From: Blastocatellia bacterium
Lineage (GTDB): Bacteria > Acidobacteriota > Blastocatellia > UBA7656
Reading direction: 5' to 3'
Length of the DNA stretch: 64,000 bases
NCBI GenBank assembly: GCA_035248905.1
Contig: DATFGX010000010.1
Span: 175,468 to 239,467, forward strand
Below, in pieces: positions 51,875-61,807 of this stretch. The notes beneath the pieces are model-generated. The model saw only the letters and a list, made by a program, of their open reading frames with translations. It did no database searches and was not told where the DNA came from. Each line of letters opens with the position of its first letter. Within the stretch, counting starts at the first letter, position 1. Position numbers and translations under genes: made by a program.

Positions 51875-53188
51875 TCACCAACAGATGCCTTGATAGTTCC
51901 GGCGGTTGTCTTGAACGTCGAACAGCCGCACCAGATCGATGACCATGCGCCCGTCGCTCATGCGCTCGGCCAGGGCGCGGAACTCGTCTTCCTTCTTGCC
52001 GACGATGACGACTTCCGCGTGCTCGATCACTTGATTCAGGTCTGCGCACATCAAAGACGAGATGTGAGGAATCTCGCGCTCGATGTATTCCTTGTTGGCG
52101 CCGAACAGCCGCGCCAGCTCGACGTCGCGGTCATAGATGGCGAGCTTCAGCCCCTTGCCGATCAGCGTTTCGATCAATGCCACCATCGGGCTTTCGCGCA
52201 AATCGTCTGTGCCCGACTTGAAGCTCAAGCCGAGCACGCCGACGCGCTTGCGTCCGGTTTCGAGCACCGCTTCGACGACGCGCTCAACTTGCCGGCGGTT
52301 GCTCGCCAGGATCGCACTCAACATCGGCACGTCAACGTCCAGCTCTTTGGCTTTGTAAGTAATCGCCCGCAGGTCTTTCGGCAGGCACGAGCCGCCGAAG
52401 GCGAAGCCCGGCTTCAAGTAATAAGGCGAGAGGTTGAGCTTGGTGTCTCGGCAAAAGACTTCCATCACTTTGTGGCTGTCGACGCCGAGCGCCTTGCAGA
52501 CGTTGCCGATCTCGTTGGCGAACGTCACCTTCAACGCGTGAAACGTGTTGCAGGCGTACTTGACCATCTCGGCTTCTTTGACGCGAACGGTGAGTAGCGG
52601 CGCATCGATGCCCGCGTAGAGCCGCGCGAGCAGGCCGGCGGTGTCATCGTCGTCAGCGCCGATCAACGTAAACGGCGGGTTGTTGAAGTCTGTGAGCGAC
52701 GTGCCTTCGCGCAAGAATTCGGGATTGATGGCGACGCCGAAGTCACGGCCCGCGCGCTTGCCCGAATAGACTTCGAGTGTCGGGATGACGGTCTGTTCGA
52801 TGGTGCCCGGCAGCATCGTGCTGCGTATCACGACGATGTGAAAGCGCGTTTGCGCCGCCAGCGCTTCGCCGATCTGCTGGCAGGCGCGCTTAATGTGCGT
52901 CAGGTTCAAGCTGCCGTTCGCATGGCTCGGCGTGCCGATGCAGACGAGCGACACAGCACTCGCGGCGACGGCCTCAGTCGCGTCGGTGGTCGCGCGCAGG
53001 CGGCCCGCCGTGACTGCTTCGCGGATCAGCTCTTCGATGCCCGGCTCGACAATCGGGCTGCGCCCGCCGTTGATGATGTCAACTTTGGTCTGGTTGACAT
53101 CAACGCCGACGACTTCGTGGCCGGCCCTGGCAAAGCAGGCCGCCGAGACGCAGCCGACATAGCCCAATCCAAAAACGCTCAACTTCAT
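51875..53188 (-). CDS. Nucleotide-sugar 6-dehydrogenase (UDP-glucose/GDP-mannose dehydrogenase family)
   Basis: N-terminal Rossmann motif MKLSVFGLGYVGCVSAACFA and catalytic Cys motif GGSCLPKD. Confidence 0.9.
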   Translation of the reverse strand: MKLSVFGLGYVGCVSAACFARAGHEVVGVDVNQTKVDIINGGRSPIVEPGIEELIREAVTAGRLRATTDATEAVAASAVSLVCIGTPSHANGSLNLTHIKRACQQIGEALAAQTRFHIVVIRSTMLPGTIEQTVIPTLEVYSGKRAGRDFGVAINPEFLREGTSLTDFNNPPFTLIGADDDDTAGLLARLYAGIDAPLLTVRVKEAEMVKYACNTFHALKVTFANEIGNVCKALGVDSHKVMEVFCRDTKLNLSPYYLKPGFAFGGSCLPKDLRAITYKAKELDVDVPMLSAILASNRRQVERVVEAVLETGRKRVGVLGLSFKSGTDDLRESPMVALIETLIGKGLKLAIYDRDVELARLFGANKEYIEREIPHISSLMCADLNQVIEHAEVVIVGKKEDEFRALAERMSDGRMVIDLVRLFDVQDNRRNYQGICW

Positions 53189-53224
53189 TTCGTGCCTCTG
53201 ACCAATCGTTAATCACTTCAACAA

Positions 53225-54463
53225 TCAAACCGCCGCCGCCGATGCCTGCGCTGGCTGCCCGGCTTCACTCGCGTTTGTAGTCTTCGCCACACGCTCCAGA
53301 ATCTCTGCGAAGCGCCCGGCGATGACCGACCAGTCGTACTGCGCCGCCTTGCGCGCCGCCGCCGCTTCGATGCGCCGGCGCAGCGCCTCATCGCGAATCA
53401 ATTCGATGACCGCCTCGGCAAAGCTCGCGGCGTCATCGGCCAGGCGGATGTCGCGCCCGTCTTCAACGTCCAGCCCTTCAGCGCCTATCGAAGTCGAGAC
53501 GGTCGCTTTGCCCATCGCCATGGCTTCGTAAATCTTCAAGCGCGTGCCGCCGCCGATCCTCAGCGGCACGATATTAATCATCGCTGCTTCGTAATGCTCG
53601 ACGACCGACGGCACGGTGCCGGTGACTTCAATCGAATCGTCGGCCCAGCGCGTCACGCGTGCGTGCGGGTTGCGACCGACCAGCCGCAGCGTCGCGTCGG
53701 GCACGGCCCGTTTGACCTGCGGCCAGATGTCGCGGCAGAAGAAATCGACGCCGTCAATGTTCGCCTCCCAGTCCATCGAGCCGACGAAGACAACAACCGG
53801 ACGCGTCGCGTGCGTGCCGCTTGCCGCAGCGAACTGCTTGAGGTCAACGCCGGTCGGCACGACGCTGATGCGGTCGACGGCAGTCATCGCGGCCATCTGC
53901 TCGCGGTCTTGCTCAGAGACGGCGATGACGTGATGAAAGCGGTTGACCGCGCGCCGTTCGTAGCGCGCCATCTTTGCGGCTTCGACCTTGAAGGCCGCGC
54001 GCTGAATCCAGTTCGGCTCGTGCGCTGCCTGCCGCCGCCACAGCAGCGACTCGACGTTGTGCTGAAAGAGCACCGTCGGCGTGTCGAGGCGCGCAGGGAA
54101 ATTCAAAGTCGCCGACAGAAAATCACAGACCGCGACATCGAACCGCCGCTCGTTGAGCGCTCGCTTCAACCACTGCTCGACGGCGGGCGAATGAAACTTC
54201 GTCACCGCGTATGGCGCGCGGCGCGGCAGGCGGCGCAAGTAATCGCGGGCGCCGCCATCGGGCGCGGCGGTGTGAATCGTCACCGCGCCGGGGAAGCGCG
54301 CCTCAATGTCGCGTTCGTAATCTTCATCACGCTTGCCGCCGTAGTAAGTCAGCAACGTGACTTCATGCGTTGTCGCCAACTCGCGCAGGATGTTGAACGA
54401 GCGAATCTTGCCGCCCGTGTCCACGGGCAGCAGCTTGCCGGCTTTGACCCAGAGCGTTTTCAT
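53225..54463 (-). CDS. Glycosyltransferase family 4 (GT-B)
   Basis: The N-terminus has LPVDTGGKIRSFNILREL. The C-terminal half has VGS.DW..N and E(x7)E-like EGLDVEDGRD features. The start overlaps the AsnB stop by 4 nt. Confidence 0.8.
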   Translation of the reverse strand: MKTLWVKAGKLLPVDTGGKIRSFNILRELATTHEVTLLTYYGGKRDEDYERDIEARFPGAVTIHTAAPDGGARDYLRRLPRRAPYAVTKFHSPAVEQWLKRALNERRFDVAVCDFLSATLNFPARLDTPTVLFQHNVESLLWRRQAAHEPNWIQRAAFKVEAAKMARYERRAVNRFHHVIAVSEQDREQMAAMTAVDRISVVPTGVDLKQFAAASGTHATRPVVVFVGSMDWEANIDGVDFFCRDIWPQVKRAVPDATLRLVGRNPHARVTRWADDSIEVTGTVPSVVEHYEAAMINIVPLRIGGGTRLKIYEAMAMGKATVSTSIGAEGLDVEDGRDIRLADDAASFAEAVIELIRDEALRRRIEAAAARKAAQYDWSVIAGRFAEILERVAKTTNASEAGQPAQASAAAV

Positions 54464-56433
54464 CGCGTGATTACACCGACTGCCGACGATTGACCGCCGA
54501 CCGCCGCCAGAGTTGCGTGTCTTTCATTCGTCGCCGCCTCATTGTCGAAGAAACGACGCTGCCAGATCTCAAAGTTGATCAGCGCCCACAACCTCTCCGC
54601 ATGGTTTTCTCCGGCCTCGTGTCTCGCGACCAGCTCGCGCACGTATTGCGGGTCGAAGACGCCGCGTGCCGCCGCCCGTTCGCTCAAGACATATTCCTCC
54701 ACGACGTGGCGATACCGCCCCCGCAGCCACGCACCCACAGGCACCGGGAAGCCCATCTTGCGGCGCGTCAGAATCTCGCGCGGCAACACTCCCTTCATCG
54801 CCTGCCGCAAAATGTGCTTCGTCTCTAGCCCGCGCAACTTCATGCGTTCCGGCAGCGCACAGGCCAATTCGACCAGATGGTGATCCAGGAACGGCACTCG
54901 GCTCTCGATCGAGGCCGCCATGCTCATCTGATCCTGCTTCATCAACAGCTCGTGCAGGTAGGTCTTCATATCTGCCGCCAGCAATTGATCCAGCAATGTC
55001 TCGGCGTCCGACCCGCTGATCTGCTCAAGCGACGCACGGTACGGCTCGCCCTCGCCCATCTGCTCGCGCGCCTCAGCCGTGAACAAACGCCCCTGCATCG
55101 CCCGCGTGAAGACCGCGAAGTTGTCGAAGTAGATGTGCTGTAACTCAGGCTCTAAACACAGGAAGGTCCGCTGCAGCTTCTGCCGCACACGTGAGCTGCC
55201 GCGCAGCCCTTGAATCGTTTGCGCCACGGCGCGCTTCATCCAGGCTGGCGCAAAGCGATGATAGCGCCTTCCGAGCGCCAGGTTGTAAACCGTCTTGCGA
55301 TACTTGTCATAGCCGGCCAGCAATTCGTCCGAGCCTTCGCCCGTCAGCACGACTTTGACGTGCTGACGGGCCAGCTCCGAGACGAAGTAGAGCGGCACCG
55401 ACGAAGGGTGGGCGATGGGTTCGTCTTCCTGATAGACCATCTGCGGCAGCGCCGCGAAGAACTCGTCGGGGCTGACGACGACCTCGTGATGCTCGGTCTT
55501 GAAGGCGCGTGCGACCAGCCGTGCGTACTCCAGCTCGTTGGCTTCGCGTTCGGCAAAAGCGACCGAGAAGGTCTTGATCGGCTCGCGCACCAACTGGCTC
55601 ATCACCGCGGCGATGGCCGACGAATCGATGCCGCCCGACAGGAACATTCCCAGCGGCACGTCGGCCATCAGCCGCAGGCGGACGGCTTCGCGGAAGAGTT
55701 CATCAAAGCGCGCGACGTAATCCTCATCGCTGAGGGTTTCATCGGGCTTGGAGAAGCTGACATCCCAGTAGCGGTTGATTTGGACGCGCCCGTCTTGCCA
55801 CTCCAGCGTGTGGCCGGGCAGCAAGCGTTTGACGCCGCGAAACAGCGTCGCTTCGCCAGAGGTGGCGCGGTTGGCGGCATAATCCGAGAGCGCCGCGTAG
55901 TTCAGCTCGGGTTTGATTGATTTAGCCTCAAGCAGCGCCTTGATCTCGGAAGCAAAGTGCAGCGTGCCGTCCTGCGAGAGGGTGTAATAGAGCGGCTTGA
56001 TGCCGAGGCGGTCGCGGGCCAGCAGCAAGCGGCGACGTGGCCGATCCCAGATGGCGAAGGCGAACATGCCGCGCAGGAATTCGACGCAGCGGCGACCATG
56101 CTCTTCATAAAGATGCAGGATGGTCTCGGTGTCGCAGTGCGAGCGGTAACGGTGGCCGCGCGCTTCCAGATCGGCGCGGTAGTCGCTGTGATTATAGACT
56201 TCGCCGTTGTAGACGATGGCGATCGACTCGTCTTCGTTGAACATGGGCTGGTGGCCGCCCGCGAGGTCAACGATAGACAAACGACGATGGCCGAGGGCAA
56301 CGTGCGCATCGAGCAACAAGCCGGCATCGTCCGGGCCGCGATGCATAAGCGTGTCACGCATGCGGGTGAGGGCCGCGGCGTCAACCTGACGCGGAGCGTG
56401 TTCGGGGATAGCGATGCCGCAGATTCCGCACAT
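54460..56433 (-). CDS. Asparagine synthase (glutamine-hydrolysing)-family amidotransferase
   Basis: N-terminal nucleophile MCGICGI, GATase-II domain and PP-loop FLSGGIDSS. Confidence 0.9.
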   Translation of the reverse strand: MCGICGIAIPEHAPRQVDAAALTRMRDTLMHRGPDDAGLLLDAHVALGHRRLSIVDLAGGHQPMFNEDESIAIVYNGEVYNHSDYRADLEARGHRYRSHCDTETILHLYEEHGRRCVEFLRGMFAFAIWDRPRRRLLLARDRLGIKPLYYTLSQDGTLHFASEIKALLEAKSIKPELNYAALSDYAANRATSGEATLFRGVKRLLPGHTLEWQDGRVQINRYWDVSFSKPDETLSDEDYVARFDELFREAVRLRLMADVPLGMFLSGGIDSSAIAAVMSQLVREPIKTFSVAFAEREANELEYARLVARAFKTEHHEVVVSPDEFFAALPQMVYQEDEPIAHPSSVPLYFVSELARQHVKVVLTGEGSDELLAGYDKYRKTVYNLALGRRYHRFAPAWMKRAVAQTIQGLRGSSRVRQKLQRTFLCLEPELQHIYFDNFAVFTRAMQGRLFTAEAREQMGEGEPYRASLEQISGSDAETLLDQLLAADMKTYLHELLMKQDQMSMAASIESRVPFLDHHLVELACALPERMKLRGLETKHILRQAMKGVLPREILTRRKMGFPVPVGAWLRGRYRHVVEEYVLSERAAARGVFDPQYVRELVARHEAGENHAERLWALINFEIWQRRFFDNEAATNERHATLAAVGGQSSAVGVITR

Positions 56434-56439
56434 AGATGC

Positions 56440-58854
56440 TCAAGCCCTGTCGGTCAACGTCCAGCCTGATTCTCCGAGAGCAAAAGCGACGTTGGCGCAT
56501 TCGCGCACAACGGAGAAGCGCGCGCCGTTAACCACGACGCTTCGAGGAGGCTGGCTAAAGGATAATTCAAAGCGGCTGGTGCCGTGAATAGTAATTTCAA
56601 GCGCGTCGTCGGCAACCGTAATCTCCGCGAAGTCAATCAGCGAAGCGTCGGCGAGCGTCAACGTGTTTGCGATCTCGATTCGCCGGCCCCGCACGAGACA
56701 GGCGCGCGTCAGTCGCTGGTTGACGAATCGCGCCATCGCCATCTCGGCTTGCGCCTTGAGCTGATCGCTTGTGCTGTCGCCGGTGATGATGAGATCGAGC
56801 GTGTCGCCCGATGACAGAAGAAACGCCGAGCCGTCGCCCGTGCATGAAATTGAACCGTTCGCCGGGACGATGAAGGTGACAAGCGCTTGCCGGCCCGCGC
56901 CCTCGCTTTCGATCACCGCGACCGGCGCCGGTTGGCGCTCGCCGTACGCGCGCGACACCCAGCCGCTTTCAATCCGTGCGGCGGCGGCTGATGAACCGAA
57001 GGCATGGATCGAAAGCTGGCCCTCTGCTGAAGTGGCACTGATGACATGGCTTTGTGCCGTGGCCATGCAACCGGCGGCGAAGTGATAGCGCGCCGCATAA
57101 CGATGCGCCGCCCGCGCTTCGAAGCGGTCGCGCACGATCAGGTACGAAGGCAACGCGGCATCATCCGCTCGCACGAACAACAGCGCGCGGCGGTGCGTCA
57201 CCGGGTCAGTCAAGCGCTCGTAGCCGTTGTGCGCGCCTTCAAAGTAAACCGCGCCGCGCGCCTCGAAGAACCAGCGCGCCAGCGGCTCGGCAATCTGCGC
57301 CCACGCGAACGGCCCGGCGGTGGTCGATTGTTGCTCGCCGTCAACCGTGACCGTGTTGTGCGCCGCGGTCGAGCGGAACCAGTCGCGCATCTCTCGGTCG
57401 CCCGTGTAGGTGAAGGTGCCGGGGTCAACCAACCACGTCTTGCCGCGCGCGGCAAATTCAAAAGCGAGCTGATCGGCGTGCGCGTGACCGCACGATTGCA
57501 CGCCGTGCGCGCCGCAATCGATCACCGCATAGCTTGCCGCCGCCGCCCAGCCGTCGCGCATCACGAAGTAACCGCTTTCGGCAAACGCCTGCGCGTTGCT
57601 CGCAGGCGGCTGCGCCGTGATCGCGTCGAAGCGCGTCAGGGCTTCCGGCCCGAGCAGCCAGAGCGTTTCCGCCGCCGCAGTGCCGGCGACGAATTTCCAG
57701 TCGCCGCGACTCAGCAACGCCGCGCCGGTCGCCAGCGTGTCGCGGAAATCGTCTGCCGAACGCGCGCCCAGTTGAATCAGTCTGCCGCCGTCATCGTCAC
57801 CGACGAGCGACGCGTGACCGTCGGGCCGCGTCGTCCACATCAGGTAATCGAGCGCCGCACTGAGCCGCGTTTCGACTTCGACCGGCAATGTAAGATTCAT
57901 CACGCGCGCCAGCATCGTCAGGTGCAGGTAAAAGTCTACGGTATAGCGGTGGTAGTAAGTCGTCTGCTCGAAATAGACGCCGTCCGTGCGCAGATGAATC
58001 GGCAGTTGTTCGAGCAGGATGCGCAGCCCGGTCGCGCGCCAGCCGGCGGCGCGGCGCAGTTCCGGCAACGCCGCGCCGAGGTAGAAGAGGCCGAGCGCTT
58101 CGCCGGTCAGATGCGTGTTCGGGCTGAAGTATGTCGAGAGATATTTTTCGATGTGCCGCCCGTGAGCGATCAAACATTTAAGCAAGCGCGCAACGAACGC
58201 CGCATCGAGCGCCGGTGAATCGCTCAGCAGGTGTAGCGCCCACAGCCAGGCGATGGCGCGAAAGCTCACCTCTAAACTGCTCGCCCAGTTGATGCCGCGC
58301 CCGACCGGGTTGGCGTCCATCCAGGCCGTCGCTTGCTCGACGAAGGCTGCGGCGAAACGCTCGTCGCCGGTCATCCAGTACGCCTGCCCGAACGTGACGA
58401 AGTGCCCGCAACGATTCAGCTCCCAGGTGATCTTCTTGTCGCCTGCGACTTCTGTGTCTAAGTAAGCGATGCGGCTCCAGTGATCGAGCGGCGTGCGTTT
58501 GCCGGCGCGCGGTTCAAGGTGCCAGTCGATCGGCAAGCCGAAGCTCAGGTCTTGGATGCCGAGCAGGTCGAAGCGCCCGCGCCGCGCCCGTTCGGCGCGT
58601 TCGATGATCGTCGCGCGCTCTGCCGCGAAGCGTTCGCTCATCAACTGCGCAATCGCGCTGCGATGCGCAAGCGCCGGCAAAAAAGCCGTCGTGCGCGCGG
58701 CGGCCTGGATTTCGCGGCGCAGCGCCGCCTCGCTCAACTCGCGCGTGCCGAGCAGGCGTTCGCTCATCTTGGCCAGTTCCTGAAGGCCGCGCACGCCAAT
58801 CTCGCTGAGGCTCTTGCCGCGCAATTTCTTCAGTTGTGCGAAACCGCTCTGCAT
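56440..58854 (-). CDS. Heparinase II/III-like polysaccharide lyase-family protein
   Basis: About 800 aa with WELNRCGHF, a SCGHAHADQLAFEF-type segment and a beta-rich C-terminal domain. ATG 58854 is preferred over TTG 58911. Confidence 0.7.
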   Translation of the reverse strand: MQSGFAQLKKLRGKSLSEIGVRGLQELAKMSERLLGTRELSEAALRREIQAAARTTAFLPALAHRSAIAQLMSERFAAERATIIERAERARRGRFDLLGIQDLSFGLPIDWHLEPRAGKRTPLDHWSRIAYLDTEVAGDKKITWELNRCGHFVTFGQAYWMTGDERFAAAFVEQATAWMDANPVGRGINWASSLEVSFRAIAWLWALHLLSDSPALDAAFVARLLKCLIAHGRHIEKYLSTYFSPNTHLTGEALGLFYLGAALPELRRAAGWRATGLRILLEQLPIHLRTDGVYFEQTTYYHRYTVDFYLHLTMLARVMNLTLPVEVETRLSAALDYLMWTTRPDGHASLVGDDDGGRLIQLGARSADDFRDTLATGAALLSRGDWKFVAGTAAAETLWLLGPEALTRFDAITAQPPASNAQAFAESGYFVMRDGWAAAASYAVIDCGAHGVQSCGHAHADQLAFEFAARGKTWLVDPGTFTYTGDREMRDWFRSTAAHNTVTVDGEQQSTTAGPFAWAQIAEPLARWFFEARGAVYFEGAHNGYERLTDPVTHRRALLFVRADDAALPSYLIVRDRFEARAAHRYAARYHFAAGCMATAQSHVISATSAEGQLSIHAFGSSAAAARIESGWVSRAYGERQPAPVAVIESEGAGRQALVTFIVPANGSISCTGDGSAFLLSSGDTLDLIITGDSTSDQLKAQAEMAMARFVNQRLTRACLVRGRRIEIANTLTLADASLIDFAEITVADDALEITIHGTSRFELSFSQPPRSVVVNGARFSVVRECANVAFALGESGWTLTDRA

Positions 58855-59010
58855 CCGTCGCCTATCATCTCGCACGCCGACACCTCGGCCCAGAATGCTT
58901 GATGCATTCAACCAGAAGAAATGACGATTGCCGGCGAGTTTCCAAAATCCTCACACGCGCCACCGCAGGGTATTGCTTTTCGCGCTGCGGTGGGTGTAGA
59001 TTCGCCGCAG

Positions 59011-60033
59011 ATGAACACCAGCCTTCGCCATGCGGTTTTGCTCGTGAGCCTCTGCCTGGCCTCGCCGCGCGCGGCGCAGCCCGTCGCCGAGAAGCCGGAG
59101 GCGCAGGACGAAGCCGTGCGTTTGCGGACAGAGCTGGTCTTGCTCGAAGCCGAAGTGCTCAACAAGCGGACGGGGCAGGCAGTGGGCGGGCTGAGCAAGG
59201 AAGACTTCTTGCTCTACGAGGACGGCGTCAAGCAAGAGATCACGCACTTCAGCAAAGACAAGCTGCCGCTTTCGGTGCTGCTGCTCATCGATGTGAGCGG
59301 CAGCGTCTGGCCGACCATGAAAAAATTGCGCGACGGCGCGCTCGACGCGTTGCAGAATCTCAAGCCCGAAGACGAAGTCGCCGTGATGGTCTTCGCCGAG
59401 CGCGCCCGGCTGACGCTGAATTTCACCAAAGACAAGCAGCTCGCGGCCCAGGCGATTCAGATGGCGGGCGCGCGCGACACCGGGTCTGAAACCAACATCA
59501 ACGACGCCGTGCAGCGCGCCGCCGCTTACATCAAGAACGCCACGAACCCGGATAACCGCCGCGTCATCATCGCCATCAGCGACGACGTTTCGACTCACAA
59601 AGTGCCGCTCTACGCCAAGGGCCAGACGATTCAAGAGCTGCTGGAATCGGGCGGCATCATCTGCGGCCTGCTCTTTGACAGCATCTACAAAGCGAAGCCT
59701 GAGCCGGTGACGACGCCGGACGCGCCCGGCTTTCAGCGTGCGTTGATCGCCGGCGAAACCGACATCATCAAATCGTTTGTCGAGCGCCTGGGCGGCGTCG
59801 CCATCCAGGCCGACCAGGAGAACGTCAAAGAGCAGTTCGTGCGGCTCATCGAACGGCTGCGCACGCGCTACAGCCTGGGCTACGTCTCGTCGAACGAGAA
59901 GCGCGACGGCAAGTTTCGCAGGATTCGCTTGAAGGTTGCGCCCGAAGTGGACAAACGTGAGAAGGGCGTCGCTGTCAGCACCAGGCCGGGCTACTACGCA
60001 AAGAAGAAAGAAACCACAGATGAACACAGATGA
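59011..60033 (+). CDS. VWA-domain protein (acidobacterial VWFA-type), secreted
   Basis: Signal peptide MNTSLRHAVLLVSLCLASPRAAQ, an N-terminal beta segment (LVLLEAEVLNKRTGQAVGGLSKEDFLLYEDGVKQEI) and MIDAS motif LLLIDVSGS. Confidence 0.8.
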   Translation: MNTSLRHAVLLVSLCLASPRAAQPVAEKPEAQDEAVRLRTELVLLEAEVLNKRTGQAVGGLSKEDFLLYEDGVKQEITHFSKDKLPLSVLLLIDVSGSVWPTMKKLRDGALDALQNLKPEDEVAVMVFAERARLTLNFTKDKQLAAQAIQMAGARDTGSETNINDAVQRAAAYIKNATNPDNRRVIIAISDDVSTHKVPLYAKGQTIQELLESGGIICGLLFDSIYKAKPEPVTTPDAPGFQRALIAGETDIIKSFVERLGGVAIQADQENVKEQFVRLIERLRTRYSLGYVSSNEKRDGKFRRIRLKVAPEVDKREKGVAVSTRPGYYAKKKETTDEHR

Positions 60034-60091
60034 ACACGGATGAGAGAAGAAGATTTTCTATCTCTGTTTATCTGTGTTCATCTGTGGTTTC
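60010..60091. repeat. Unit-built hairpin F (GATGAACACA decamers) spanning two convergent stop codons
   Basis: gaaaccacagatgaacacagat (60010-60031) is the exact reverse complement of 60070-60091. The left arm plus spacer contains gatgaacaca gatgaacacg gatgag. Confidence 0.9.
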
Positions 60092-60973
60092 ATTTCCCTC
60101 CGTCTTTTCAAACACAAATTCGTTGCAGCCCAGGCCGACGCCGCCGCACTTCAGCTTCGTTAAGCGGAAGCCGCGCGCTTTGTAAAACTCAAAAATCTCT
60201 TCGGGCGCGGCGGCCTCGTAAGGATAGCCGCCGACCCAATCGACGATGTCGCGCCAGCGGCTCATGCCGCGCGCGATGCCCGTGCCGCGCCACGTCTTCA
60301 GCCATTCAAACAGCCGCCCGCCGACGAGCGCCGACACACAGGCTTTGGCCTCGTGCGGCAACATCACGGCGACGGTGAACGGCGCGCGCAGCCAGCGCGG
60401 CAGCGTGTTGTACATCTTCTTGATCTTCTTCCAGCGCGCCGTCTGACTGCCCGTGTCGTTGTAGATGGCAACCCACAGCTTGCCGTTTGCCGCGACCGGC
60501 AGCCGCGCGTGATCGAGCGCCTGCCACATCGCTCCCGTGTGGTGCAGCACGCCCCACGAATAGACCACATCGAACTGATCAAGCGAGCGCACGTAGTTGG
60601 CGTCGAGTACAGAGGCTTCGGCCACCGTCCACTGTTCGTCGCCTGGGAAGTAGCGCCGCCGCAGCTCCGTCGTGCAGGCGACCGATTGCGGGTCGTAATC
60701 GAACGAGTGGATGCGCGCCCCCAGGCGTCGCGCTGCCAGCGAGAACAAGCCGCTGCCTGAGCCGATGTCGAGGAAGCGTTTGCCGCTGAGGGTTTCAACT
60801 TCGAGCATCCGCTTCAGCGACGCTTCGGCCTGCGCGATGCGCTCGTCGTCGAGGAGTTCGAGAAAGCGGCTCCAGTTTTCGCCGAACTCGAATCGCTCGC
60901 CTTTGCGCACCTCTTCGCCATGCGACTGTGCGGCCCGCGCCGGTTGATTCATGGTCTGTTGCTTTGCGCTCAT
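60068..60973 (-). CDS. Class I SAM-dependent methyltransferase
   Basis: Motif I FLDIGSGSGLFSLAARRLGA. N-terminal FGENWSRF. Confidence 0.85.
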   Translation of the reverse strand: MSAKQQTMNQPARAAQSHGEEVRKGERFEFGENWSRFLELLDDERIAQAEASLKRMLEVETLSGKRFLDIGSGSGLFSLAARRLGARIHSFDYDPQSVACTTELRRRYFPGDEQWTVAEASVLDANYVRSLDQFDVVYSWGVLHHTGAMWQALDHARLPVAANGKLWVAIYNDTGSQTARWKKIKKMYNTLPRWLRAPFTVAVMLPHEAKACVSALVGGRLFEWLKTWRGTGIARGMSRWRDIVDWVGGYPYEAAAPEEIFEFYKARGFRLTKLKCGGVGLGCNEFVFEKTEGNETTDEHR

Positions 60974-60997
60974 TGGAACCTTTCAAAAGCGGGGCGG

Positions 60998-61807
60998 TCA
61001 TTGCGCCGGATACGTGCAATAGAGATGCCCGCGATAGGCAACGTCCGAGTTGTCTGTGGTGATCTGTGTGCCGGTCTCGACGTGCTGGATGACGTAACCC
61101 AGCTCTTCGATCAGCGCAACGACGCGGCGCGCGTTGGCGGTCTTGTCCTGCCGGTCGCTGCCGTGTATCTCGATGAACAGCCGCGGGCGGTGCTGTTCGA
61201 TGGTGCACCGCATGCCGCGCAAGGCGTACCACTCCATGCCTTCCACGTCGAGCTTGATGAGGTCGGGCGCGGGCAAGTTGAGGCGTGCCATCTCGTCGTC
61301 GAGCGCGGCGACTTCGATCTCGCAGCGGACGGCGTTCTGCTCTTGCGCGACCTGCGTGCGCACAGACAGCGCGGCACTGCCGCGCGCCGGCTCGGATTTC
61401 GGAAAGACGAAGGTGAGGCGCTCGGCGCGCTCGCCCAGGCCGAGGGGCAGAACGCGGACGTTATCAAAGCCGTTCAAACGGACGTTGGTCAGAATGCGTT
61501 GATAGCTGCGCGGGTTCGGCTCAAAGACGATGACGCGGCCCGCCAGGCCGACGTGACGGGCCAGGAACAGCGTGAAGATGCCTTGATCGCCGCCGACATC
61601 ATAAACCGTCAGCCCCGACCAGTTGATCTGTTCGAGAAAGGCTTCTTCGGCCTCCCACTCGTGGCCGCGCGGCACGAACGCCGGCAGCCAGCCCATGCCG
61701 CCCTGGCGCTTGAGGCCGCGCGCCGGGCCGTAGCGCACCGTGTAGACATGGCGATCAACCACCGCCAGTTGATTGATTCTTGAAACCAGGGCGCGTTTAA
61801 TGCTCAC
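60998..61807 (-). CDS. FkbM-family methyltransferase
   Basis: VYDVGGDQGIFTLFLA, VIVFEPNP and LIKLDVEGME. The GTG start follows GGGAGA and overlaps the upstream stop (GTGA), so the longer ORF-track N-terminus is rejected. Confidence 0.8.
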   Translation of the reverse strand: MSIKRALVSRINQLAVVDRHVYTVRYGPARGLKRQGGMGWLPAFVPRGHEWEAEEAFLEQINWSGLTVYDVGGDQGIFTLFLARHVGLAGRVIVFEPNPRSYQRILTNVRLNGFDNVRVLPLGLGERAERLTFVFPKSEPARGSAALSVRTQVAQEQNAVRCEIEVAALDDEMARLNLPAPDLIKLDVEGMEWYALRGMRCTIEQHRPRLFIEIHGSDRQDKTANARRVVALIEELGYVIQHVETGTQITTDNSDVAYRGHLYCTYPAQ

